From: Candidatus Omnitrophota bacterium
Lineage (GTDB): Bacteria > Omnitrophota > Gorgyraeia > JABMRN01 > RBG-13-46-9
Direction of reading: 5' to 3'
Length of the DNA: 53,550 nucleotides
Assembly (NCBI GenBank): GCA_013203315.1
Contig: JABMQJ010000009.1
Coordinates: 1 to 53,550, forward strand
In this document: positions 1 to 9,079 of the stretch, piece by piece
Layout: each line of letters starts with the position of its first letter
How positions within the stretch are numbered: position 1 is the stretch's first letter
The notes under the pieces: model-generated
Database searches by the model: none
Seen by the model: only the letters and a program-made list of their open reading frames with translations
Told to the model about the DNA's origin: nothing
Position numbers and translations under genes: made by a program

Positions 1-1
1 A

Positions 2-1819
2 AGAATAGATGTAAGGAACCTCGCTATTATAGCGCATGTTGACCATGGTATAACTACCGTTATAGATGCCCTTCTCAAATATTCAGGTGCCTATGAGTTT
101 AAAAAGGGTGAGGTCACCATAATGGATTCAAATCCTCTTGAGAAAGAAAGAGGTATTACGATCACCTCTAAAAACGCTTCTCTCCAATATAAGGGGGTGC
201 AATTCAATCTTGTTGATACGCCCGGGCATGCTGATTTTGGCAGTGAAGTCGAACGTATTCTTAAAATGGTTGATGGCGTGCTTCTTTTAGTTGACGCCTT
301 TGAAGGGCCCATGCCGCAGACTAAATTTGTTTTGAAGAAATCACTCGAGTTACACCTAAAACCAATACTCGTGATAAATAAGCTTGATCGTCCCCATGCC
401 CGTCCGAATGAAGTGGCGGATATGACATTTGATCTTTTTTGTGAGCTGAACGCAACTGACGAACAGCTTGATTTCCCGATTGTTTACGCTTCGGGAAAGG
501 ATGGTTATGCGACTCTTGATCTTGATGAGCCGAGAGAGTCTATGAAACCTCTTTTAGAGACTATCCTGCATAGGGTATTGCCGCCGATAGCTAACCCGGA
601 TCTTCCTTTTCAGATGCTGATTACAATGCTTGATCACGACTCTTATGTAGGGCGAATTGCTATAGGGCGGGTTTTTCATGGAGCTATCCGTGTTGGAGAC
701 CCTGTGGCGCTTGTGAAATGTGATGGAACTGTTACCAAAGGCAAGGTAACTAAGATTATGAAGTATCGTGGGCTAATTCGTGTTGAGGTCAATCGTGCCA
801 TAGCAGGGGATATTATATCTATCTCCGGGATAGAGGACGTAGAGGTTGGAGAGACGCTTACGTGTGTTGATGATCCAAAAGGGCTACCCACTATTAAGAT
901 AGACGAGCCCACGATCTCTATGAACTTTTCTCATAATACAAGCCCTCTTTCAGGCAAGGACGGAGGCAGATTTTTAACATCACGACATATGCGGGAGCGT
1001 CTTTTGCATGAGGCTATGATCAATGTCGGCATTAAGGTCGAAGAGGTTCCGGGAACTGATCGGTTAAAGGTTTCAGGTCGCGGTGAACTGCACCTCGCTA
1101 TTCTTATTGAAACAATGCGCCGTGAAGGATATGAGATGGAAGTCTCAAAACCGCACGTTATTTTGAAGGAAATGGGTGGCCAAACGCTTGAGCCTGTTGA
1201 AGAGGTAGTAATCGAGGTGGAAAATGAATACCAGGGTGTTGTCATGCAGGCGATTGGAGCTCGCAAGGCTAAAATGCAGGACCTAAAGACAACGTCTTCC
1301 GGCACTATCCGTATGGAATTTGTTATTGCCTCAAGGGCATTAATTGGGTTTAGAAGTGATTTTCTTTTGATGACCCGAGGCAGTGGTATCATGTACCAGA
1401 ATTTCCTTGAATATCAGACCCATAAAGGAGATATGCCTTCCCGTCAAAGTGGCGTTATGATTGCGCATGGGCCCGGTGATGCGGTGGCATATGCGCTTTT
1501 TAATTTGCAGCCACGTGGCGAGATCTTTATTAAACCGGGAGACAAACTATACGAAGGGATGATTGTTGGCGTAAATAACAAAGGGACCGATCTTGTTGTA
1601 AACGCCCTGCGCGGAAAGAAATTAACTAATATGCGCGCTTCAGGAAGCGATGACGCAATCGCACTTATACCTCCGCGGCAAATGACCCTTGAGTTCGCTC
1701 TTGAGTTTATTGAGGACGACGAATTGGTTGAGATAACTCCCAAGCATGTAATGCTCCTGAAATTGCATTTGAAAGAAGAAGATCGCAAGCGGGTGAGCCG
1801 TAGTACACGATCAAAATAA
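2..1819 (+). CDS. typA: Translational GTPase TypA/BipA, 5'-truncated by the window edge
   Basis: The frame is open from position 2 (RNLAIIAHVDHG-I-TT) and continues through ERGITI, DTPGHADFG, NKLD, GRGELHL and the BipA C-terminal LTNMRASGSD. The Walker A lysine reads as Ile. Confidence 0.95.
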   Translation, partial: RIDVRNLAIIAHVDHGITTVIDALLKYSGAYEFKKGEVTIMDSNPLEKERGITITSKNASLQYKGVQFNLVDTPGHADFGSEVERILKMVDGVLLLVDAFEGPMPQTKFVLKKSLELHLKPILVINKLDRPHARPNEVADMTFDLFCELNATDEQLDFPIVYASGKDGYATLDLDEPRESMKPLLETILHRVLPPIANPDLPFQMLITMLDHDSYVGRIAIGRVFHGAIRVGDPVALVKCDGTVTKGKVTKIMKYRGLIRVEVNRAIAGDIISISGIEDVEVGETLTCVDDPKGLPTIKIDEPTISMNFSHNTSPLSGKDGGRFLTSRHMRERLLHEAMINVGIKVEEVPGTDRLKVSGRGELHLAILIETMRREGYEMEVSKPHVILKEMGGQTLEPVEEVVIEVENEYQGVVMQAIGARKAKMQDLKTTSSGTIRMEFVIASRALIGFRSDFLLMTRGSGIMYQNFLEYQTHKGDMPSRQSGVMIAHGPGDAVAYALFNLQPRGEIFIKPGDKLYEGMIVGVNNKGTDLVVNALRGKKLTNMRASGSDDAIALIPPRQMTLEFALEFIEDDELVEITPKHVMLLKLHLKEEDRKRVSRSTRSK

Positions 1820-1936
1820 TTTAAAAATGAACTTAAAACCTTTTGTCTTTGATTGCATCTTGTGATAATATGATAACGGCATAATTGGTGAATATAGACA
1901 ACGAAGGTACCATTTTGCTGCATAAACAGAGGCGCG

Positions 1937-3163
1937 TTGTTTAATATAATAAAAACACATATTTGCGTTATTAAAAAGAGCGTTGGGAAACTAACGCTCT
2001 TTTTCTTTGTCGTCGGCATATCTTTTAATGTTTATGCTGGCGAAGAGAGCGGCTTTGTTTCCTACGCTCCGGGTAAGGGGATTAATATAGAAAGTTTAGA
2101 GCTTAGTATAAAACCTGAAACCACCCTTGTTTTGCAGGGCACGCCGGATCCGAATAAAGATGGCTACAGCGGCGGACAATTTGGAGTTTCATGGGTGGGA
2201 TATTTAGATATAACTAAGAAGTTCGGAGATTTTGGGTTCGCTTATTTACAGTTTAAATCGGGCTTGGGAGATACGGTAGAGGATAGCCTGGATCTTCTTA
2301 GTGGTGTAAATTTTAATTCTTATGATGTCGGCGGAAATATTCGTCTTAGAAGATATTATTATGTTCAGCATCTTTTTGGTAAACAGCTGAATATCCTGAT
2401 AGGAAGAGAGAATCCGAGAGACGTTCTTGATCAGGTTAAATACGCTAATGATGACGACATACAATTTCTTTCAAACATATTTAATAAATCACCCGCGATG
2501 GATTGGCCCTCAGATTATACTTTTACTATTCACGCTGCAATAATGCCTGACGCGATAGATTTTCTGGAATTTGAATTTAATTTTCTTGAAGGCGACGCTG
2601 ACTGGCAAAGGATATTTGAAGGAGGCATATATACCTGGCAGCTTAATTTTAAACCCAATAAGCTTTTTAATCTAGATACAAAAAAGTGGGAAGGCAACTA
2701 TAGGTTTTATACATGGCTAAATACCAGGAATCATATAAAACTTGTCGATGAAAGTAGCGCGCCAAGCACCGATATAAAAGAATTTAATTACGGCATAGGA
2801 ACCGGTTTTGATCAAGCCATTGACGAGGTTTTTGGGCTTTTTGGGCGTTTAGGATGGCAGAGGCCGGACGTTTTGCCGGCTGACGGAGGGGCTAACATTG
2901 AACTTTCATGGTCAGCAGGCATACAAGCGAACGGTAGGCATTGGAAAAGAGAAAATGATATATTGGCCTTTGCTGTGGGACAGGATTTTCCTAGCAAGGA
3001 GTATGATGATGCAGGTAATGATGGCGCAAACGAAGGGCATTTTGAGACGTATTATAGCTTTGCTATAACAGATTACATCCATGCCGGCCCGGACATTCAG
3101 CTAATTCGGAGGAAAGATACAAATGTATTTATTTATGGTTGTAGGCTACACGTTACTTTTTAA
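1937..3163 (+). CDS. OprB-family (carbohydrate-selective-like) outer membrane porin
   Basis: Signal peptide ending VYA, FETYYSF..HAGPDIQ motif, beta-strand pattern and terminal Phe. The TTG start is uncertain. Confidence 0.75.
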   Translation: MFNIIKTHICVIKKSVGKLTLFFFVVGISFNVYAGEESGFVSYAPGKGINIESLELSIKPETTLVLQGTPDPNKDGYSGGQFGVSWVGYLDITKKFGDFGFAYLQFKSGLGDTVEDSLDLLSGVNFNSYDVGGNIRLRRYYYVQHLFGKQLNILIGRENPRDVLDQVKYANDDDIQFLSNIFNKSPAMDWPSDYTFTIHAAIMPDAIDFLEFEFNFLEGDADWQRIFEGGIYTWQLNFKPNKLFNLDTKKWEGNYRFYTWLNTRNHIKLVDESSAPSTDIKEFNYGIGTGFDQAIDEVFGLFGRLGWQRPDVLPADGGANIELSWSAGIQANGRHWKRENDILAFAVGQDFPSKEYDDAGNDGANEGHFETYYSFAITDYIHAGPDIQLIRRKDTNVFIYGCRLHVTF

Positions 3164-3177
3164 TGAAAGGAGCTTTT

Positions 3178-4770
3178 ATGAAAGTTTCTGAAGAAAAAAG
3201 ATACGAAAATTTAAGTCCGTTCGAACTCAAGAATAAACTGATACAAATGGCCGGGACGCATCATGAACGTATGATGTTGAACGCGGGCCGCGGAAACCCC
3301 AATTGGGTCGCGGTAGAGCCAAGGCATGGATTTTTCCAGATGGGAATTTTTGCGCTTGGCGAATCCGAAAGAAAGCCCCACAGGCCGGGGTTAGGGGGAG
3401 TGGCGGAGAAAAACGGCATAGCTAAAAGATTTGATGAATTTTTAAATAAAAACAAAAATGCGTCCGGTATGCAATTTTTAAAGAAAAGCTTCTCATATGC
3501 TTACGATAAGCTTAATATTAATCCCGACGATTTTGTCGCTGAGATAGTGGACGCAATTTTGGGGGATCATTATCCTACTCCGGACCGCGCTCTTTCTCTT
3601 AGCGAACAAGTTGTGCATAAATATCTTGAACAAGAGATGTGCGCGAATAATCCCCCTGCCGGTAAATTTGATCTTTTTCCAACAGAAGGCGGGACCGCCG
3701 CGATGGATTATATATTTACAAGCCTCATGGAAAATAAGCTGCTCCATAAAGGCGACACAATAGCCCTTGGCACACCGATTTTCACACCTTATATAGAAAT
3801 TCCGCGGTTGAATGATTATAAGTTTATAGAGCTCGAAGTAAAACAGGATAAGAATTCTGACTGGCAATATCCGGATTCAGAAATAGAAAAACTGGCGGAT
3901 CCTAAAGTAAAAGCTTTTTTTCTTGTAAACCCTTCGAATCCTACTTCGGTTAGTATCCATAAGGCGACTCTTGATAAAATAAAAAAGCTCGTAGAAACCA
4001 GACGTAAAGATTTGATTCTTCTCACAGACGATGTTTACGGGACTTTTGTAAACGGATTCAAATCGCTTGCCGCAGTGGCTCCGTTAAATACGATCTTAGT
4101 ATATTCTTATTCGAAATATTTCGGAGCAACAGGGTGGAGGCTTGGCGTAATAGCCATACATGAGAATAATGTATTTGATAAGATGATAGCCTCTCTTCCA
4201 GCGAAAGATAAAGATGAACTAAGAGAGCGATATAGCACAACGGTGCTTGAGCCAGACAAAATGAAGCTAATAGATAGAATGGTAGCCGACTCAAGATCAG
4301 TCGCGCTGCATCATACTGCCGGGCTTTCAACGCCGCAGCAAGTTCTCATGGTACTTTTTTCTCTTCATTGCCTCATAGACTCTAAAGGGGAATACAAGAA
4401 GATGGCGCAGGATATAGTTGCTAAACGGTTCAAGACGCTTTATAAAGCGCTTGGCGTGCAACATCCCCAAAACCAATTTGATGCTCATTATTATACAACA
4501 ATTGATATTCTCGCTCTTGCCCAAACTCGGTATAGCAAGGAGTTTCGCGAGTATCTGGAAAAAGAATATGAGCCCATAGATTTTGTTGTCAAGCTCGCCG
4601 AGACAAGATCTATAGTTCTAATGGATGGCGGTGGATTTGACGCGCCCAACATGTCTGTTCGCGTGTCACTAGCCAACCTTTACGACGAAGCTTATGAAAA
4701 TATAGGTAAAGGTGTAAGTGCTTTATTGGCGGAATATCACGATAGCTGGAAATCTTCTAATAAAAAGTAG
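3178..4770 (+). CDS. aspD: Aspartate 4-decarboxylase (PLP-dependent, bifunctional aminotransferase)
   Basis: LSPFELK, NAGRGNPNW, EGGTAAM, PLP-lysine motif SYSKYFGATGWRLG and HTAGLSTPQQ. AAGGAG precedes ATG 3178. Confidence 0.93.
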   Translation: MKVSEEKRYENLSPFELKNKLIQMAGTHHERMMLNAGRGNPNWVAVEPRHGFFQMGIFALGESERKPHRPGLGGVAEKNGIAKRFDEFLNKNKNASGMQFLKKSFSYAYDKLNINPDDFVAEIVDAILGDHYPTPDRALSLSEQVVHKYLEQEMCANNPPAGKFDLFPTEGGTAAMDYIFTSLMENKLLHKGDTIALGTPIFTPYIEIPRLNDYKFIELEVKQDKNSDWQYPDSEIEKLADPKVKAFFLVNPSNPTSVSIHKATLDKIKKLVETRRKDLILLTDDVYGTFVNGFKSLAAVAPLNTILVYSYSKYFGATGWRLGVIAIHENNVFDKMIASLPAKDKDELRERYSTTVLEPDKMKLIDRMVADSRSVALHHTAGLSTPQQVLMVLFSLHCLIDSKGEYKKMAQDIVAKRFKTLYKALGVQHPQNQFDAHYYTTIDILALAQTRYSKEFREYLEKEYEPIDFVVKLAETRSIVLMDGGGFDAPNMSVRVSLANLYDEAYENIGKGVSALLAEYHDSWKSSNKK

Positions 4771-4798
4771 AAATATAAAAATTTGAGGAGGTAAATTT

Positions 4799-6478
4799 AT
4801 GTGGCAGAGTATTGTTGATACAGTTCGTGCCTACCCGCAAATAATAATTTTTCTGGCCATAGCCATAGGATATTATATAGGAAAAATCAAAATTTTTGGT
4901 TTTAATCTTGGATCAACAGCAGGAGTTCTTATCGCGGCGCTTGTCTTAGGGCAAATAAACGTAAGTATATCGCCATTACTTAAAGCTGTGGCCTTTGCTT
5001 TATTTATTTTCACGATAGGGTATAAGGTTGGGCCTCAATTTTTTAGTGGCATGAAAAAAGACGGTATTAAATATTTATGGATATCTCTTTTTGTAGGTAC
5101 TGTCGCCTTATTATTGGCTATAGCGCTTGGTAAATTTTTTGGATTCGGCAAAGGCTTAACAGCCGGGCTTCTTGGAGGAGCGCTTACGCAATCAGCCGTA
5201 ATCGGTACCGCAGAAGGAGCCATAAAACATCTTTCGATTTCGAATGTAGCTAAAGCTACCATGGAAAGTAACGTTGCCATAGCATATGCCATAACTTATA
5301 TTTTCGGTACTGCGGGACTTGTTGTATTTTATAAACTCATTCCAAAAATTATGAAAATAGATTTAAAAAAGGAAGCTAGAAAATTGGAAGAAGAATTATC
5401 GGGTTCGACGGACGCAGAAGAGGGCCCGGAATTTTTTAATTGGGATAAACGACTCAATTTACGCGTCTTTAAGGTTACAAATATAAATGCTGCAGGAAAG
5501 ACGGTACATGAACTAGAGGCACTTTTTCCCGGAAAAGCCGTAGTCGACAAACTAAAACGTGGAAATGAACTAATCGATAGTAATGGCAATACGGTCATTC
5601 AAACGGGTGATATTTTAGCAATAGTAGGCAAGCGCGCGGCCATTGTAGAAGCCGAGAGGATAATAGGCCAGGAAATCGAGGACAAAGATGCCGAGCATGT
5701 TATAGGAGAAATTATAAACATTTGTGTTTTAAAGAAAGATGCAGTAGGCAAAACCCTTGGCGACATCAGTAAAGACTATGGCCACGGGTGTTTCTTGCGA
5801 AGAATTACGCGTCAGGGGCACGAATTGCCTCTGGCAAAAAATGTTGTAGTTCACAAATGCGATGTTTTGAAAGTAGCGGGCGCAAAAAAAGACGTTGAAA
5901 AACTTATAGGCCATATAGGTTATCCCGAGCGGCCTACCGTAACAACGGATCTTATAATGATCGGCGTTGGTTGCGTTCTCGGAACGCTAATAGGCCTTAT
6001 GAGTGTTAAAATTGCAGGAATTCCTTTGACGCTGGGAGTGGGCGGCGGCGTTCTTATTTCAGGATTAATTTTTGGATGGTTACGAGCGGTCCATCCTACT
6101 TTTGGCCAAATCCCAAGCGGCGCGCAATGGGTTTTTACGGATTTAGGGCTTAATCTTTTTATTGCATGTGTCGGTCTTATCGCGGGCCCTAAAGCATTGA
6201 ATGCGCTTCACACAACGGGAGGCGCAATATTTTTTGCCGGAATTATTTTAACCCTTGTACCCCACATTATGGGTATTATTTTCGGAAGAGTAGTTCTCAA
6301 ACTAAATCCGGTTCTTCTCTTTGGAGCCTTAACCGGAGCCGGTACCGTTACAGCTGCTTTAAATGCTCTTAAAGAAGAAGCCGACAGTACTGCGCCTGCC
6401 ATAGGATATACAGTATGCTATGCTTTCGGTAACGTCATACTCACTATATGGGGCGCCATAATAGTGAGCATAATGTAG
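4799..6478 (+). CDS. aspT: Aspartate:alanine antiporter (AAE family, TrkA_C domains)
   Basis: GYKVGPQFF, GALTQSAVIG and AYAITY motifs. Two membrane blocks flank a soluble central region. Adjacent to aspD. Confidence 0.92.
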   Translation: MWQSIVDTVRAYPQIIIFLAIAIGYYIGKIKIFGFNLGSTAGVLIAALVLGQINVSISPLLKAVAFALFIFTIGYKVGPQFFSGMKKDGIKYLWISLFVGTVALLLAIALGKFFGFGKGLTAGLLGGALTQSAVIGTAEGAIKHLSISNVAKATMESNVAIAYAITYIFGTAGLVVFYKLIPKIMKIDLKKEARKLEEELSGSTDAEEGPEFFNWDKRLNLRVFKVTNINAAGKTVHELEALFPGKAVVDKLKRGNELIDSNGNTVIQTGDILAIVGKRAAIVEAERIIGQEIEDKDAEHVIGEIINICVLKKDAVGKTLGDISKDYGHGCFLRRITRQGHELPLAKNVVVHKCDVLKVAGAKKDVEKLIGHIGYPERPTVTTDLIMIGVGCVLGTLIGLMSVKIAGIPLTLGVGGGVLISGLIFGWLRAVHPTFGQIPSGAQWVFTDLGLNLFIACVGLIAGPKALNALHTTGGAIFFAGIILTLVPHIMGIIFGRVVLKLNPVLLFGALTGAGTVTAALNALKEEADSTAPAIGYTVCYAFGNVILTIWGAIIVSIM

Positions 6479-6492
6479 AAAATGCTAAAAAA

Positions 6493-7056
6493 ATGAAAGA
6501 ATTTAAGGAGATCATAAAGTTTCTTTCAGGTTTCATGCCGTGGATTCTATTCCTTTTTTTGTCCGGCCATACATTAGCTAGTCTGGAAAAATCTATCATC
6601 ATTTGTCTTTTGGCCAGCTTGATATTTGGTTTTCGGGAATTACGTAAAGGTTTTATTCTCCAGTGGGGGACTCTTCTTTTCTTTGCAGGTTGCGCAATAA
6701 CTCTAAATCTCATGAATGTGATATTTGTCGCAAAAAATATGGGAATAATTTCAAACGGATTTCTCGCATCCCTAATTTGGGTGACGATTCTTATCGGAAA
6801 ACCGTTTACCCTGCAATACGCAAGGGCCGATCTTCCAAAGGAGCGATGGGATGATCCGAAAGTTATGCGCAGTTGCCGGTTTATAGCAATTATTTGGGCA
6901 TTATTATTAACCTTTTCCACGTCAATCTCGTACTTTAAGGCCCTAAATCCAACCTTATACCCTGATTGGATTTATTTTGATATCAGCATCGGAATTATTT
7001 TAGGAGGAATTATTTTTACGTCTTTGTATAAAAAATATAAACGATCTCAACGGTAA
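6493..7056 (+). CDS. Uncharacterised multi-pass membrane protein
   Basis: About 5-6 hydrophobic helices and a GKPFTLQYAR motif. Follows aspT by 14 bp. Confidence 0.7.
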   Translation: MKEFKEIIKFLSGFMPWILFLFLSGHTLASLEKSIIICLLASLIFGFRELRKGFILQWGTLLFFAGCAITLNLMNVIFVAKNMGIISNGFLASLIWVTILIGKPFTLQYARADLPKERWDDPKVMRSCRFIAIIWALLLTFSTSISYFKALNPTLYPDWIYFDISIGIILGGIIFTSLYKKYKRSQR

Positions 7057-7111
7057 AAAGGTTGAAAGCTAAAAGAATTCTTTGTTCAATAAAAAAAAGG
7101 AGGAGGGTATA

Positions 7112-7735
7112 ATGAAAAAGATTTTAATATTTGTTTTACTATGTTTGGTTATGGCGCCGTCACTTGCCAAAGCCGAAGATGTTAAGCCGTTTCAATTAGC
7201 GCTATTTAATCCAATGCAGCTTGTACCTGAGGACGAATCTATTGAAGGCGCGCGTCTTAGCTTATTTTATACCGCGAATGAAGATGTTACGGGTTTGAGC
7301 ATTGCTTGGCTTGGCGTGAACAGGGCTAAAGGTGACGTGCGGGGCGTTGAAATTGGCCTTGGAAACTGGGTTGAAGGTTCTTCTTATGGCGTGCAAGTGG
7401 GTGTTTTAAACCGCGTAGCAGAGCGTTGTGTAGGTCTGCAATACGGCGCAGTGAACGTTGTCGGGGGTGATTTCACCGGAATACAGTGGGGTTTTGTAAA
7501 CTGGACTGAAGGATTTATGCATGGTATGCAATACGGGATGGTAAATGTTTCAAAAGGCCAATCTGCCGGCGTAAATGTAGGTATAGTGAATTATAATGCA
7601 GAGTCATTTAAGGGTGTTCAGTTAGGATTTGTTAATTATACGAAGTCTCTCAATGGTCTTCAAATAGGACTTGCTAACTACAATGGCAACAAAGATCCGC
7701 TAGAGTTCATGGTTTTCGTTAACTGGTCGTTCTAG
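7112..7735 (+). CDS. Secreted repeat protein (LA_2272-like GxQxGxxN repeats)
   Basis: Strong SD GGAGG, signal peptide AKA, ~15-aa repeats (GVQVGVLN, GLQYGAVN, GIQWGFVN, GMQYGMVN, GVQLGFVN, GLQIGLAN), C-terminal NWSF. Confidence 0.75.
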   Translation: MKKILIFVLLCLVMAPSLAKAEDVKPFQLALFNPMQLVPEDESIEGARLSLFYTANEDVTGLSIAWLGVNRAKGDVRGVEIGLGNWVEGSSYGVQVGVLNRVAERCVGLQYGAVNVVGGDFTGIQWGFVNWTEGFMHGMQYGMVNVSKGQSAGVNVGIVNYNAESFKGVQLGFVNYTKSLNGLQIGLANYNGNKDPLEFMVFVNWSF

Positions 7736-7749
7736 CTGATTTTTGTTAC

Positions 7750-8859
7750 TTACCTTAATTGATCCGAAACGTTTTTAATTGTACCCGGTTTCTCAAGATT
7801 TTTAAGCATCTTGATATTCTGCGCATCTAGATCAAACTCATTTAAATCTACCATGCGTACGCTTCTGTCGGAATAAGTGTGATAAAAGTATCTGCGGTTT
7901 GTTAAATCTGCGGCGCTGGTCCACTGCGTATCCTCGACAGATATTTTTCCGTTTTGCTTATTCCTTACGGCCCCTTTTGGAATATCAAACTGATCCAGGA
8001 TATGAAAGGCGATACCTATGCCCTCGTCCACATCCTTGCCCTCATAAACCATGTCAGCAAGAAATGCCGCGCGAACAAAGCGCGACGGCGGTGTAAAATC
8101 GCCAGGAAGGCCCACTGCGCCCGAACCATTGCCAAGCTGCGCAAGACTCGTTCCGTTAATCTCATGGGCCGGGGAATTGAACGGGCTTAAGTTGATATAA
8201 TTTCTTAAGTTTTCGACATGCCATTTATAATCGGGAGAATTTGTGATAACATTGACTTCATTGTCATGGATGTTAAGTTTGCCGTCAATATGCTCGATAA
8301 TTATAGCGTCTCCTGTTTCATCTGCAACGAAGTAATGGAGGGGCGGGACATAGCCCCATGCGGGCATTACCGCACCGCCAACATTGATTTTTGGCAATTT
8401 CTCGCGAACTTCAGAAACGCTTGCGCAGGTACTTAAAATCCATGAAGATAAATCAAGGCACGATATTGTGCGGGAATAATCGGCTTTAGTTATATTTTGA
8501 TACTTCGCGTATCCGGGGAAAAAGAATGCGCCGCAGGCAAGGCCTTTCTCATTTAGACCCTCTCCGACACGGTTCATGCCAAATGGGTTAAAACCGATAT
8601 GTGCGTATTTCGTTTTCCATGACATACCGGGATTTCCGGTAGGAGTCTCGCCAACGTAACTATAATTCCGTGGCACGAAAAGAAGATCATATGTTATTTC
8701 GTCAGAGCCAAACTCCAATGTGCGCGCATAAATATAATTACCATCCTTTGTCTTAATTCGAATACCCGTACATGCATGAGCCTCTATAGAAACTAAAACG
8801 AAAGAAATTAACACGAGAGTTACAATAAAACTAACATATTTATGCGTTTTTGTAATCAT
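7750..8859 (-). CDS. Choloylglycine hydrolase / penicillin V acylase family Ntn-hydrolase, exported
   Basis: Signal peptide AHA followed by catalytic Cys (CTGI..ARTLEF), GLNEKGL, TNSPDY and LPGDFTPPSRFVRA. Confidence 0.9.
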   Translation of the reverse strand: MITKTHKYVSFIVTLVLISFVLVSIEAHACTGIRIKTKDGNYIYARTLEFGSDEITYDLLFVPRNYSYVGETPTGNPGMSWKTKYAHIGFNPFGMNRVGEGLNEKGLACGAFFFPGYAKYQNITKADYSRTISCLDLSSWILSTCASVSEVREKLPKINVGGAVMPAWGYVPPLHYFVADETGDAIIIEHIDGKLNIHDNEVNVITNSPDYKWHVENLRNYINLSPFNSPAHEINGTSLAQLGNGSGAVGLPGDFTPPSRFVRAAFLADMVYEGKDVDEGIGIAFHILDQFDIPKGAVRNKQNGKISVEDTQWTSAADLTNRRYFYHTYSDRSVRMVDLNEFDLDAQNIKMLKNLEKPGTIKNVSDQLR

Positions 8860-9079
8860 ACTCCCTCCTATAATCTTTATTATGAAGATATACTATATTT
8901 GCAATATATAATATACCTTGCGAAAAGATGATTTACAAGAGTCGTTAGAAAAAGATGGAATTATTTTTTTAGTGTATATTATGCAAAAAAATGATAAAAT
9001 GCCTTAAAAGAAGGGACGGATGTAAGCGTGATTAACAGCCGTTTCTAAAACCATAAAATAGACCCAATGGAGGTACACA

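Noticed and set aside
7300-7690. Repetitive region as possible CRISPR or DNA tandem repeat
   Set aside because: The repeats are degenerate at DNA level and explained by protein repeats; no cas genes.
8860-9079. AT-rich 220-bp intergenic region as ncRNA or riboswitch
   Set aside because: No convincing stem-loops or known motif; consistent with an ordinary divergent promoter region.
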